64,000 bases of DNA from Zestosphaera sp. (GCA_038727705.1 JAVYVJ010000001.1:95924-159923), one strand, 5' to 3'. Numbered from the stretch's first letter, positions 18,240-28,343 are shown. Numbers and translations: made by a program. Notes: a model not told the origin generated them from the sequence alone.

Positions 18240-20816
18240 TCAGTACCCGCATGTGTAGCAGTCTCCAGCCTCACCTTCCTGAAGAGTGTATCTCGAGGAG
18301 ATCCTGTACCTTACCTGAGGTCTCCTCCCGGCCTCTGGCAGCGGTTCGCTGGACTTCACTTCCTCCTCCCCCGCTTCATCACCCTTACGCGGGGTCTCTG
18401 CCGGCTCCCCAACGCCCTCCATTCTCCTCTCCCTGGCCATCCTGCGTGTGAGTTTAGCTCCAAAGTATATCACTTGTTGCGACTTACTCTTATCCCTATA
18501 CACCGTTATACCTTTACAACCAAGCTTCCAGGCGAGCATGTAGACGTTCCTCACGTCGTCGACGCTTGCCTCAGCCCTCATATTCACCGTCTTGCTCACG
18601 CCCGCGTCGACCCACTGTTGCCACACAGCCTGGTGGAGGACGTGCCAGGTCGGCTCCACGTCGTGTGCTGTCACGAATATCTCCCTGAGCTTCCTAGGTA
18701 TGTATGGATTATGCCTGACTGAACCGGACTCGGTTATCAGGCTTATCACTTCTGGATTATCGAGCCCATACTCCCTAAGACTGTTTAGGAACAAGTTGTT
18801 GACCTCCACGAACGTGCCGACCGTCACCACACGGGTGAACGCTAGAGCGAAGATAGGCTCTATTGAGGATGAGGTGTCAGCTATTATTGATATGGTGCCG
18901 GTAGGTGCTATCGAGAGCAGTGCTGCGTTCCTAAGCCCGTACCTAATCATCTCCTCACGGAGCTGGTTCCAATCGACTGCTGGTCTGCTTTCAACTATCG
19001 CTCTAACGTTGTTGGACGTCATGAGATCAACGCCTGCAGCACTGAGTACCTCATCGAAGGATTTCGCGGCGATCCAGAAAGGTCGGTAGAGCTTAGGGTT
19101 CCAGACTGGGAAGGGGCCTTTCTCCTTAGCTAACTCAACGGAGGCTCTGTATGCGTTATATGCAATCCATTCACTCAAATAGTATGCTAGATAGAGGGCG
19201 TCGACAGAGTCGTAGGGGATGCCTAGCGTTATGAGCATGTGCGCCCATCCCATGACGCCTAGGCCAACCTTTCTAGTACGTCTGGCAGCCCACTCCAGCT
19301 GGGGTAAGGGCCACTTAGCAACGTCTATCACGTCGTCTAGGAACCTCACAGCGACCATCACGTCGCGGCCCAGCCCGGCCCAGTCAATCGTTGGCTTGCC
19401 GTCAACGTATTGCACGTACTTCTCCAGGTTGATGCTCCCGAGGTTGCATGACTCCCACTCCAGGAGCGGTTCCTCACCGCATGGGTTAGTAGCATTTATC
19501 TTACCAACATACCATGTCGGGTGTCTCCTGTTGACAGTGTCTATGAAGAGAAGTCCGGGGTCTCCGGAATCCCACGCGTTCTTAACTATCTCCTGGAACA
19601 TGGCCTTCGGATCCTCCCAGCCGACTATAGCGTTCTCGCTCTCCGCTATAGCTAGCGCCTCATCCCAGGTTATTATGAGCGACTCATCGAGGGGTATTGA
19701 ACCTCCGTGCGCCTCGAGCTCATCCACTATAACCTCCTGAACCCACTCTTCGTCCATGTAGTGCCTTGCCCACACGACTGCATACTTCCTTGAATCGCTG
19801 CTCCCATCTATTGAGGTCTTGCGGGGGTTTATCAGGGGTATTGGCCTTCCTTCCGACATATGCTTGAAGAACCAGTCATACATCCCCACCGATATGTTGA
19901 AGTTCTGGAGGGATCTGTCTTTAAGCTCCCCTGATTTGCTCCTGATGAACTTCATTATGTCGGGATGCCATACGTGGAGAACCCCCATGTTAGCCCCTCT
20001 TCTACGTCCACCCTGCTTCACAACATCCGTGTTTACGTCGAAGAGTCTCATAAACGAGAGAGGTCCCGAAGCCACGCTGGCGGTGGAGGAGACTACATCC
20101 CCTTCAGGCCTGAGTTCTGAGAAGGAGAAGCCAGTGCCGCCGCCCTGCTGGAAGACTATGGCCTGAGCTCTTACGATGTCATATATTCCTTCCCCCTCGG
20201 GCGTCACCATGGAGTCCCTAACTGGAAGGACGAAACATGCTGACAGAATGCCGAGCTTGGTGCCGGCGTTCATCAGCGTCGGTGAGTTAGGGATGAACCT
20301 TAACTCGCTCAGCAGTCTGTAGAACTCGCGGAACCACTTCTCACGGTCTTGGGCCTCGGCACTAGATATGTGCCCGGCAACCCTCTCAAAGAGGGTCTTC
20401 GGCGTTTCGAGGAACCTGCCGTTGGACGGGTTCTTCATCAGGTATCTGCTTGCCAGAACCCTTAGTGAGTAGTAACTCATCCTAGAGTCTTCAGGATTAA
20501 AGCTAGTCCAGCCGTTCTTACCGAACACGTCGTTGTAGATTCTTGAGAGGACGTAGTTACGTGCAGCCAGCTCATACCTAGGATCAACAACGACCTTACT
20601 TATCAGGACCTTCTCGACCAGATCCGCTATCCTTACTGTGGTGAGTCCCTCCGGGTTCTTTAGAACCTCGTTTATTACCTCGTCTATGACTGTCGCCGCG
20701 TTGGAGGGGTCGCTGAACCCCGCTGAGCTCATGGCTAGGTGCACTGATTTTGTGAGCTTGTCTAGCTTGAAAGCCTCACTACCCCCGCTCCTCTTAACCA
20801 CCTTCAAAGATTCCAA
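18240..20816 (-). CDS. nrdJ: Ribonucleoside-di/triphosphate reductase, class II (adenosylcobalamin-dependent), with N-terminal ATP-cone
   Basis: The ATP-cone reads [17 protein letters not shown]. The catalytic motif is [22 protein letters not shown], and a CYTCGY pair sits at the C-terminus. Size is consistent with no intein. The ORF runs to 20924, but a TATA-like TTTTAAGAAATA lies inside that extension. Likely starts are TTG 20816, TTG 20807 or GTG 20801. Confidence 0.9.
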   Translation of the reverse strand: MESLKVVKRSGGSEAFKLDKLTKSVHLAMSSAGFSDPSNAATVIDEVINEVLKNPEGLTTVRIADLVEKVLISKVVVDPRYELAARNYVLSRIYNDVFGKNGWTSFNPEDSRMSYYSLRVLASRYLMKNPSNGRFLETPKTLFERVAGHISSAEAQDREKWFREFYRLLSELRFIPNSPTLMNAGTKLGILSACFVLPVRDSMVTPEGEGIYDIVRAQAIVFQQGGGTGFSFSELRPEGDVVSSTASVASGPLSFMRLFDVNTDVVKQGGRRRGANMGVLHVWHPDIMKFIRSKSGELKDRSLQNFNISVGMYDWFFKHMSEGRPIPLINPRKTSIDGSSDSRKYAVVWARHYMDEEWVQEVIVDELEAHGGSIPLDESLIITWDEALAIAESENAIVGWEDPKAMFQEIVKNAWDSGDPGLLFIDTVNRRHPTWYVGKINATNPCGEEPLLEWESCNLGSINLEKYVQYVDGKPTIDWAGLGRDVMVAVRFLDDVIDVAKWPLPQLEWAARRTRKVGLGVMGWAHMLITLGIPYDSVDALYLAYYLSEWIAYNAYRASVELAKEKGPFPVWNPKLYRPFWIAAKSFDEVLSAAGVDLMTSNNVRAIVESRPAVDWNQLREEMIRYGLRNAALLSIAPTGTISIIADTSSSIEPIFALAFTRVVTVGTFVEVNNLFLNSLREYGLDNPEVISLITESGSVRHNPYIPRKLREIFVTAHDVEPTWHVLHQAVWQQWVDAGVSKTVNMRAEASVDDVRNVYMLAWKLGCKGITVYRDKSKSQQVIYFGAKLTRRMARERRMEGVGEPAETPRKGDEAGEEEVKSSEPLPEAGRRPQVRYRISSRYTLQEGEAGDCYTCGY

Positions 20817-20940
20817 ACTCGATTCACCGAACCTTATTACTCTCCTCCTATTTCTTAAAAGGTTTAGGAATAGATAAAGCCTAACCCCAATGTTAACCTG
20901 TATTACATTCGTGTTGAGACCCATACCATCAGGTCTTCCC

Positions 20941-21022
20941 GAGGGGTGGGTAATGATGGTACGTATGAGGTCGGGCGTGAAGCTGTATGCTTCGCACTCG
21001 AGGGGGGCTGACCCTCCCCCTC
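20941..21022 (+). ncRNA. Candidate C/D-box (k-turn) small RNA
   Basis: AUGAUGG (20953-20959) and CUGA (21008-21011) are closed by a terminal helix of about 10 bp (GAGGGGUGGG / CCCUCCCCCUC). An internal 7-bp hairpin spans 20777-20795. It lies in an intergenic region between nrdJ and cdvC on the opposite strand. Box spacing is non-canonical. Confidence 0.25.
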
Positions 21023-21085
21023 AACTCACTCGTTGTAGGGCAGGAACGGTAATACTGTGTGCGGGATCTGGGATCGGATCCGATG

Positions 21086-22234
21086 CTAGCTTGCCTTGAA
21101 TTTAGAGTCCCAGGTCTCGTATACCTTGATTAACTCCTTGTTAACGCTTGGCTTCCTCTCCTTGAGAGCCTCTATGAAATCCTCCTTACCTATCGGCCTC
21201 GGATCCCCTGAACCGTCTCCCTTAGAGAAGAACTCCCTCACAGTCCTTAGATGTGCGCTCATCACTATGTCCCTTATGTCGCTTGCAGTGTAGCCCTCCA
21301 TAGTGTCAGCCAGCTCATTCAGGTCCACGTCGGTGGAGAGCTTCAGCGACGACGTGTACAGCTTGAGTAGCTGCCTCCTTGACTCCCTGTCCGGCAACGG
21401 CACGTAGATCCTCTTCTGGAACCTCCTTATGAAGGCCTCATCAAGCTTCCAAGGCTTGTTTGTGGCCGCTATCACGTAGACCAGCTTCTGAGCGCTCCCC
21501 TTATCCTGGAGGCCGTCCATCTCCTTAAGGAATTGAGTCCTCACCCTGACCTCACCGCCTATCTCGCTACTGAAGGTGCCGAAGAGTGAGTCGACTTCAT
21601 CTATGAATATTATCACCGGCTTCTGATCGCGCGCTGAGATCTCCCTAGCCTTGTTGAAGAGTGCGGCGACCTTACGCTCTGACTCGCCGAGCCATTTAGA
21701 CATTATGGATGCTGCGTCAACGTGAATGAAGACTCCCTCTATCTCGTTAGCGACCGCCGCCGCCACGTAGGTTTTACCACAGCCTGGCGGTCCGTAGAGG
21801 AGGAGTGCTCTAGGCCACCCTAGAGGGAAGAGATCGGGTCTTTTAGTGGGGTAGATTATTGATTCGTAGAGGGCTCTCTTAACGTCGTCTAAGCCCGCCA
21901 CATCGTTGAACCGCACGTTAGGCTTATCCTTAACCACCAGGGCCTCTATCTCGTCGTCAGGGCTCTCCTCCCTGGCTGATCCGGAGGTGGATAGCGGTAA
22001 GGCTCTAAAGTTCTCCAGGTCCTTTATCCTCTTCTGATACTGTTTTATCCAGTCCTTGTATATGGCGTTCAGCGGGTTTTCAGGGTAGAGCTGTATTATC
22101 TTGACTAGGACGTCTATGGCGTTCCTGTAGTTCTTCGCTGCCTCCCCGTAGTTCCCCTCCCTATCGTTCATCACAGCCTGTATGGCGTAGTGCCTCGCAA
22201 TATTCTCTAGATAAGGTAGTGAGTTGCTACTCAC
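21086..22234 (-). CDS. cdvC: Vps4-like AAA+ ATPase CdvC (MIT domain + AAA)
   Basis: 382 aa with an N-terminal MIT-like helices region, Walker A GPPGCGKT and Walker [12 protein letters not shown] start. It is the last gene of the cdvABC operon. Confidence 0.9.
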   Translation of the reverse strand: MSSNSLPYLENIARHYAIQAVMNDREGNYGEAAKNYRNAIDVLVKIIQLYPENPLNAIYKDWIKQYQKRIKDLENFRALPLSTSGSAREESPDDEIEALVVKDKPNVRFNDVAGLDDVKRALYESIIYPTKRPDLFPLGWPRALLLYGPPGCGKTYVAAAVANEIEGVFIHVDAASIMSKWLGESERKVAALFNKAREISARDQKPVIIFIDEVDSLFGTFSSEIGGEVRVRTQFLKEMDGLQDKGSAQKLVYVIAATNKPWKLDEAFIRRFQKRIYVPLPDRESRRQLLKLYTSSLKLSTDVDLNELADTMEGYTASDIRDIVMSAHLRTVREFFSKGDGSGDPRPIGKEDFIEALKERKPSVNKELIKVYETWDSKFKAS

Positions 22235-22264
22235 TAATCAACCACCCCTTCCCCCTCTAAAACC

Positions 22265-23104
22265 TTAGAAGATTATCTTGTTCTGCTCACGCAGCCTGTT
22301 CAATGCTTTGTAGACTTCCTCCTTGCTGACGCCCAGTGAGTCCTTGAAGTGGTTCACATCGACGAAACCGTTGTGGGTCGCTATGTACTCCAGCAGAGCC
22401 TTCTCGAGCATGCTCTGGTCAACGGCCTTCGGCCTCTCCTGATGCCTGCTCGCTTCAGGCAGTTTCTCAGCCTCCCTCTTAACCCTCTCCTCCAGATTAC
22501 CTCTGACCTTAATCGGCAGCAGTATGTCGACGGGTATATCAGGCATCTGCGACTTTATGGTCTCTGCGGCCGCCTTCTCTATTTCCTGAAGCAGCTTCTT
22601 GGCTTCAGGCGTATGTTCTATCACGTCCTCCGGCTTCACTCTCGCATAGTCGGTCGTCGACGCTATGACCTTCCGGGATTCACTGATTAAGGTGTCTATG
22701 TTGTAAGCTAGGTTCGGCACTAGATCCTTAACGTAGTCTTTAGCGACGACGAGTAGGTTGGAGACCTCTATCAGCGGCGCCGATATGTTGCTGACGTCCT
22801 CTAAGGTCTCGAGCCTGAGCTTCACCTGCTCGAGGACCTTCTCCACCACGACGAGCTTAGTGGTCATCTCCCTCACCTGCGTGGCTTCGTTGGCGTATAT
22901 TAGCGCCCTGTCGTTCTCCCTGCCCACACTGGCGGAGATCGTTGCCTTAACTAGGTGGTCGTACCTGCTCTTCAGTCTAGCCACCGCATCAGATACTTCC
23001 TGCTTTGCCGAGTCGACGTGGACTATGAGTAGCGAGATGAACTTCTTCGGATCTACCCTAGACTCTCCTCTGAACAGCGTGCGTAGTCCTGAAAGCCACT
23101 TCAT
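22265..23104 (-). CDS. cdvB: ESCRT-III (Snf7-like) protein CdvB with C-terminal winged helix
   Basis: It has a coiled-coil Snf7-type core and a C-terminal wH (LLEYIATHNGFVDVNHFKDSLGVSKEEVYKALNRL). Start is placed at ATG 23104 (MKWLSGL). It sits between cdvA and cdvC. Confidence 0.85.
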   Translation of the reverse strand: MKWLSGLRTLFRGESRVDPKKFISLLIVHVDSAKQEVSDAVARLKSRYDHLVKATISASVGRENDRALIYANEATQVREMTTKLVVVEKVLEQVKLRLETLEDVSNISAPLIEVSNLLVVAKDYVKDLVPNLAYNIDTLISESRKVIASTTDYARVKPEDVIEHTPEAKKLLQEIEKAAAETIKSQMPDIPVDILLPIKVRGNLEERVKREAEKLPEASRHQERPKAVDQSMLEKALLEYIATHNGFVDVNHFKDSLGVSKEEVYKALNRLREQNKIIF

Positions 23105-23158
23105 CACACCCCCACCCTCACTAAAAACGCTCAAGCCGCACTCCTCCCCTCGCTGTTG

Positions 23159-23887
23159 TTACGAGACGTCGACTACCTGAACTTGTATGGGTTGCTCAAC
23201 CCTCACCTGGTCTGCCTGCTGCTTAACCAAGGATGCGGGGGTTGGAGCCTCACTCACAGGTCTTATCTCGCCCGCCTCGGTCTCGAGCTTCGCGATCAAA
23301 TCCAAATGCTTCTCCGCATCCCTCTTCTCATCCAGTGCCTTGGCCTTGTTGCTTCTGAGCACGTCGGAAGCGACCTTGTAGGCTTGATCGCTTATCTCGT
23401 TGCTCATGTAGAGGATCTGCATGTTAGTCAAGTCCTTCTCCAGCCGTATTATCGTGTCCTCCAACTCGCCCGCCCTCCTTCTGAGGAGTTCTTTAACCTT
23501 GCTGACCTCATCCTTAAGCATCTTGGACTCGCTGTCCAACCTCCTCTTCAGCTCTTCATACGCGTGTGCGGGGATGGAGCCTTTCCTGAACAACTCCTCA
23601 GTAGCCCTTAGCCTCCTCTTAACTCTGTCCAGCTTGTTCTCAGTGCTTAGGGCTAACACCTTCCACTCGTGCACCACTACCGGGCCGTCGGGCGTTAGCT
23701 TAACCCTGGTAATTGGGACGTTCTCATACAACGCGTCATTGATTACTATCTCGAGAGACTCAACCTCGCCCGAGACGTTGCTGAATATAGCCATCAGCTT
23801 ACCGAGGACCCTACCGTACTCATCCTTAATCACCTGACCGACGAATTTATCAATCTGATCCAGGCCAACCGCCACGGCGTTCAACAC
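23159..23887 (-). CDS. cdvA: CdvA (PRC-barrel + coiled coil + C-terminal ESCRT-III-binding tail)
   Basis: 242 aa. The N-terminal PRC-barrel-like part reads VGQVIKDEYGRVLGKLMAIF..., followed by a long coiled coil and a Q/V-rich C-terminal tail. It is the first gene of the operon. Confidence 0.85.
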   Translation of the reverse strand: MLNAVAVGLDQIDKFVGQVIKDEYGRVLGKLMAIFSNVSGEVESLEIVINDALYENVPITRVKLTPDGPVVVHEWKVLALSTENKLDRVKRRLRATEELFRKGSIPAHAYEELKRRLDSESKMLKDEVSKVKELLRRRAGELEDTIIRLEKDLTNMQILYMSNEISDQAYKVASDVLRSNKAKALDEKRDAEKHLDLIAKLETEAGEIRPVSEAPTPASLVKQQADQVRVEQPIQVQVVDVS

Positions 23888-23951
23888 CTCACAGTATTAC
23901 TGCCTCAATAGAATTACTTAAAAGGGTGGGGGCCTCAAAGAATCCCCGTAG

Positions 23952-23961
23952 CCTACGTAGG
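23952..23961. promoter_or_regulatory. Perfect 10-bp palindrome CCTACGTAGG in the cdvA/eno divergent region
   Basis: Read directly from the sequence. It lies about 30 nt beyond the cdvA TATA-like box (TTTTAAGTAATT, minus strand, around 23915-23928). Its function is not known. Confidence 0.25.
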
Positions 23962-24054
23962 ATTAGAGAGCCGCATAGGGATCCTTCAGGGACTGCTCCC
24001 CGCTATAGCCTCCGTATTTATTACTGCGGTGAGCTGTATTGCTTGGGGATGTGT

Positions 24055-25335
24055 ATGGAGTTCGACATTAATTATGTTAAGGGTCTTCAAGTGCTTGACT
24101 CGAGAGGTAACCCGACCGTCGAGGTTGTCGTGGTTACTGAGGGCGGCGGGTACGGCAGGGCCATAGCCCCTGCCGGCGCTTCAAGGGGGAGGAGGGAGGT
24201 CGTGGATCTGAGGGACGGTGGATCTAAGTTCCTAGGTATGGGTGTTCTTAAGGCTGTTGAGGCTGTCAACAAAGTTCTGGCACCCGCCCTGACGGGCCTT
24301 AACTCCTCAAACTACAGGCTCGTTGATAGGAAGATCGTTGAGAGTGACGGGACCCAGGATAAGTCTAGGGTTGGGGGTAACGCGTGCGTCGCCACATCGC
24401 TAGCGAGTGTTAAAGCCGCTGCCGACACGATGGGGATCCCGCTCTTTAACTTCATAGGGGGGTTTAAAGCGAGGCTACTGCCGACGCCGCTCATGAACAT
24501 AATTAACGGTGGGGCCCACGCCGGCAATGAGTTAAGCTTTCAGGAGTTCATGGTGATTCCGGTAGGCGCTGACAGGTTTAGTGAGGCCCTAAGAATAGGG
24601 GTTGAGGTCTATTGGGGGCTCAAGAAGTTCCTTAAAGGTAAATACGGTTCGAACGCAGTTAACGTCGGCGATGAAGGGGGGTTCGCCCCGCCGATGAGAA
24701 GGGTTGAGGAGGCTCTGAACGCGTTGGCGGAGGCGGTCAGACTGGCCGGATATGTCCTTGGTGGCGACGTGCTTATAGGGATAGACGTTGCGGCAAGCCA
24801 GTTCTTCGACGCTTCAAGCGGTAAGTACAGTGTTGACGGGAGGCTCTTAAGCGCTGAGGAGTTGCTGGAGATGTACCTGGATATGGTGTCTAGGTATCCG
24901 ATAACATACTTGGAGGACCCCTTCGACGAGGAATCCCCGACTATGTATGGGGAGCTGAGGAAGGCTGTCAGAGGTAGGGCTCTAGTGATAGGTGACGACC
25001 TTACGGTGACTAGGGAGGACTTGATCAGTGAGTACCTCAGGGAGGGGTTTATAGACGGCGCCATCGTTAAGGTGAATCAGATCGGCACGTACTCGGAGGC
25101 GGAGGACGCTGTGAGAACCCTCCTGACGAACGGTGGTAGAGCGATAATCAGCCACAGGAGCGGTGAGACGGAGGACAACACGATAGCCCATATAGCAGTT
25201 GGGTTGGAGACCGGCCTCATCAAGACGGGCGCGCCTGCCAGGGGTGAGAGGACAGCCAAGTACAACGAGCTGCTCAGAATCGAGGATTACTTGGGTGATA
25301 CTGCCCTCTTCCTGAAGGACAGGATGTTTAAGTAG
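24055..25335 (+). CDS. eno: Enolase (phosphopyruvate hydratase)
   Basis: Motifs VLDSRGNPTVEV, IKVNQIGT-like VKVNQIGT and SHRSGETED. Start is ATG 24055 (or 24049), with TATTTATTAC about 35 nt upstream. The ORF-track extension back to 23926 is discarded. Confidence 0.95.
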   Translation: MEFDINYVKGLQVLDSRGNPTVEVVVVTEGGGYGRAIAPAGASRGRREVVDLRDGGSKFLGMGVLKAVEAVNKVLAPALTGLNSSNYRLVDRKIVESDGTQDKSRVGGNACVATSLASVKAAADTMGIPLFNFIGGFKARLLPTPLMNIINGGAHAGNELSFQEFMVIPVGADRFSEALRIGVEVYWGLKKFLKGKYGSNAVNVGDEGGFAPPMRRVEEALNALAEAVRLAGYVLGGDVLIGIDVAASQFFDASSGKYSVDGRLLSAEELLEMYLDMVSRYPITYLEDPFDEESPTMYGELRKAVRGRALVIGDDLTVTREDLISEYLREGFIDGAIVKVNQIGTYSEAEDAVRTLLTNGGRAIISHRSGETEDNTIAHIAVGLETGLIKTGAPARGERTAKYNELLRIEDYLGDTALFLKDRMFK

Positions 25336-25442
25336 TCCTGAAGCTTCACGGGGATTAAGGCTGTATCCCCCTGCAAGTTATTTAAAGGGAGGGGCCTAAT
25401 TATCTACATAGTAGTCCACGGAATTTTTGAGGGTGGGTAGCG

Positions 25443-25742
25443 GTGTCGATCAGCGAGATTGAGGAGGAGGCTAGGAGGATTGTTGAGGAGGCTAAGGTTA
25501 AGGCCGAGGAGATATTAAGTAGTGCTAAGAGCGAGGCTGAGGGGCTGAGGTCCAGGCCTCTGGTCAACCTGGTCACGCCGGAGGAGAGGAGGAGACTCGA
25601 GGAGGAGTTTGAAGCTAGGTTGAGGGACCTGAGGTCCTCGGCTGAAGAGCGGAGGGCCAGAATAGTGAAGGCGTTCACTGAGAGGAGGGACAGCCTGGTT
25701 AAGGAGATAGTGGAGATCGTGACTGGTTTAAGGGAGATATAG
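25443..25742 (+). CDS. atpH: A-type ATP synthase subunit H
   Basis: 99-aa charged coiled-coil protein (EEEARRIVEEAKVKAEEIL). It is the first gene of the atp operon, immediately upstream of atpI. The assignment rests on position and composition. Confidence 0.6.
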   Translation: MSISEIEEEARRIVEEAKVKAEEILSSAKSEAEGLRSRPLVNLVTPEERRRLEEEFEARLRDLRSSAEERRARIVKAFTERRDSLVKEIVEIVTGLREI

Positions 25743-25743
25743 A

Positions 25744-27771
25744 ATGCTGTTACTCTCGACGCCCGAGAGACTTCACTACCTTAGGCTACTAGTGCCTAAG
25801 GACTTGAGCGGTAAGGCCTTGGCCCTCCTGCAGAGCCTCGGCGTCATGCATGTAGAGGTCGTGGGTGAGTTGAGTGAGGAGGACCGAAAAGCGCTTTCAG
25901 AACGTTTTGAGAGGGTTCGTGCGCTCTCGAACCTGATTAACTCTCTTGAGGGTCACTACGACTTCACGATTGTGGATGTGAGAAGGGAGTTAAGTGTTGA
26001 GGGTCTTGAGGACACGTTGGACGACGTCCTCGTCAGGCTGGGCAAGGTCTACGAGGAGATAGAAAACCTCGTGAAAAACAGGGAACGCGCGGTCTCGGAC
26101 ATTAACACGTGCTTGAGGCAGCTTAAGGTCCTAGAGTTCCTCAAGGATAGGATCGGGAGTGCGGTCAAGGTCTCAGAGCTCTCCTTTACCGGTGAAATTC
26201 TCTTCTCGCTTGTGGCTGTGGGTAGGGCGCAGGACTTAGAGGGCCTCCTCACTGCACTGCCTAAGGACCTAACCGTCGTGTATGGCGTTGTCGACGGGGA
26301 ATTCATAGTGATGCTGATAGGACTCACGGGGATGTTGAGTGAGGTTGGTGAGGCGCTCGCTAAAGTTAAGGCTGAGGTTCTCGAGTTCCCTCAGCAGGAA
26401 ATCCCGTTGTACGATTACATGACTGAACTGCGCAGGCGGGTTGATGACTTGAGGGACTTGCTGTCTAAGATTGATAGAGACCTTAGAGATATTTTAGGCA
26501 GGAACGCGGAGCTCCTAGCACTCGCTAAGGTGGTTAAGGAGGTCGTTGAGTCGCGACTCAACGCATTACTCAACGCAGCCAGTGGTGAGTACCTCCTGGC
26601 CATGGAGGGCTGGATCCCTGAAGGCTCCCTGAGTGTACTTAAGGGCAGGCTCAGTGCCGAGGTCGGGACGTACTTGATGGTGGGTGTGTCAACAGATAAG
26701 AAACCGCCCACTAAAATGAGGAACTTGAGGTTCTTCAGACCGTTCGAGCTCCTGACCAGGTTCTACGGCGTGCCCTCACCTGGTGAGTGGGATCCTACGC
26801 CAATCCTGACGTATTCCTTCCTAGTCTTCTTCGGCTTGATGATGGCTGACGCAGTCTACGGGTTGGTGCTGTTGCTCATTATTAGGTACGTGCTCGACAG
26901 GAGCGGCTTCGTGGATAATCCGTACTCACCCGGCTACGTAGCGTTGAAGAGGATGATGACGGTGCTGTCTGCATCTGCCACGTTCTTCGGCGTGCTCTCG
27001 AACACCTTCGCCGGCTACTCAATAGCATTCAGGAATGGAGTCATCTGCTTCGTAGTTGCCAGTGGGGTCAGGCCTGAGTCAATGCTAGTACCCTCGTTGC
27101 TGAACCTGTCTGACCCCATGTTCTTCCTGATTCTCGCGTTGATAATAGGGTTAGTGCACATAAACGTGGGTCACGCCCTCTCACTCCTCGTCGGCGTGAA
27201 AGCAGGTGATGTGGGGAGGGTGTTGAGCGAGTCTGGTCTGTTGGTGGCGGAGGTCTTCAGCATACCGTACGTACTCCATGAATTCCTCCGGTACGACTTG
27301 CTCGTGTTAGGTCCTGAGTGGTATACCTACATGCTCTACGCTTCACTCGCGGGGGTTCTGCTCATGATAGCGGGCACCGTCAAGCAGATGGGGGGTGTCG
27401 GGCTTTTCATGTGGATCTTCAACTTGACGGGGGTCCTTGGCGACGTCCTATCCTACTCCAGGATAGCTGGTCTGGGGATAGCGACGTACGTGATGGCGGC
27501 CAACTTCAACAGGCTGTCCTTAGGCATACTGGAGTACTTCTCGGGGGTCGCGCCGATCGTAGGACCCCTTGTAGGGTTTCTGCTGATGTTTGCGGTCGTG
27601 TTGTTCATGAACGCGTTTAACCTGATCTTCGGGACTATAGGGGGTTTTGTCCACTCGATGAGGCTGTGTTTCGTTGAGTTCCTGCTTAAATGGTATGAGG
27701 GTAACGGGTCCGAGTTCACGCCCTTTACCATTAAGGTGGACAGGCACGTCCCCATAGGGAGGGTCAGGTAG
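25744..27771 (+). CDS. atpI: A-type ATP synthase subunit I (stator a-subunit homolog)
   Basis: 675 aa with a soluble coiled-coil N-half and a polytopic C-half, including a conserved Arg-containing helix (LSYSRIAGLG). Confidence 0.85.
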   Translation: MLLLSTPERLHYLRLLVPKDLSGKALALLQSLGVMHVEVVGELSEEDRKALSERFERVRALSNLINSLEGHYDFTIVDVRRELSVEGLEDTLDDVLVRLGKVYEEIENLVKNRERAVSDINTCLRQLKVLEFLKDRIGSAVKVSELSFTGEILFSLVAVGRAQDLEGLLTALPKDLTVVYGVVDGEFIVMLIGLTGMLSEVGEALAKVKAEVLEFPQQEIPLYDYMTELRRRVDDLRDLLSKIDRDLRDILGRNAELLALAKVVKEVVESRLNALLNAASGEYLLAMEGWIPEGSLSVLKGRLSAEVGTYLMVGVSTDKKPPTKMRNLRFFRPFELLTRFYGVPSPGEWDPTPILTYSFLVFFGLMMADAVYGLVLLLIIRYVLDRSGFVDNPYSPGYVALKRMMTVLSASATFFGVLSNTFAGYSIAFRNGVICFVVASGVRPESMLVPSLLNLSDPMFFLILALIIGLVHINVGHALSLLVGVKAGDVGRVLSESGLLVAEVFSIPYVLHEFLRYDLLVLGPEWYTYMLYASLAGVLLMIAGTVKQMGGVGLFMWIFNLTGVLGDVLSYSRIAGLGIATYVMAANFNRLSLGILEYFSGVAPIVGPLVGFLLMFAVVLFMNAFNLIFGTIGGFVHSMRLCFVEFLLKWYEGNGSEFTPFTIKVDRHVPIGRVR

Positions 27772-27833
27772 TGAAGCATGGCAGGGCTTGATTAAGACTT
27801 AAAAGTGGTTCCTCGTTTATTAAGCAGTGAGGT

Positions 27834-28343
27834 GTGTGTGACCCCATGTCCGCAGACATCACGTCTCTTTTCAGTCCCTCGGTCATAGCGTCGCTGGGAG
27901 CTGTGTTAGGCGTCGCGGGGGGTGTGGCCGGCTCCTCGATAGGGATAGGTAAAGCCGCCTCAGCAGGCCTTTCAGTGATATCCGAGGATCCAGGCACCTT
28001 CAAATTAGTTCTCATTCTCTCATCCCTCCCGATGACGCAGACGTTCTACGGCCTTATATTCGCCCTACTCACCCTGACATCCGTCATGCCCGGCATTGCC
28101 GAGATGACTTGGGCTAAGGCAGGTGCTTTCCTAGGTGTGGGGCTGTTCGTGATGGCCGCGGAGCTTTTCTCGGCCTGGTATCAGGGGGTGATCTGCATGT
28201 CAGGAATAGTTGAACTGCCGAGGGCTGGGGGCAGGATGCTCGTGCCCTCGTTAATTCTCGCCGCCTACGTTGAGATGTTGGGGATTCTTGGCATGGTTTT
28301 AGGCTATCTCCTGATTCTGCTGGTCTCTGCATCACCTATTTGA
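27834..28343 (+). CDS. atpK: A-type ATP synthase proteolipid (subunit K/c), duplicated 4-helix form
   Basis: 165-169 aa (GTG 27834 or ATG 27846) with four hydrophobic helices. A GxGxG-type motif (GSSIGIGKAASAG) lies in helix 1 and the carboxylate E147 in helix 4 (AAYVEMLGILG). Confidence 0.8.
   Translation: MCDPMSADITSLFSPSVIASLGAVLGVAGGVAGSSIGIGKAASAGLSVISEDPGTFKLVLILSSLPMTQTFYGLIFALLTLTSVMPGIAEMTWAKAGAFLGVGLFVMAAELFSAWYQGVICMSGIVELPRAGGRMLVPSLILAAYVEMLGILGMVLGYLLILLVSASPI

Noticed and set aside
18216-19089. Plus-strand ORFs (168 aa and 165 aa, plus others up to 20877) inside nrdJ
   Set aside because: All of them overlap the class II RNR gene, which has diagnostic motifs on the minus strand. 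They have no motifs of their own.
20817-20924. 5' extension of the nrdJ ORF ([13 protein letters not shown]...)
   Set aside because: It contains the TATA-like TTTTAAGAAATA and an SD-like GGTGA. The ATP-cone begins just downstream of the TTG/GTG candidates at 20801-20816.
23926-24054. 5' extension of the enolase ORF (43 extra codons)
   Set aside because: The extension covers the divergent promoter, including the TATA-like box. Enolase homology starts at MEFDINYVKG.
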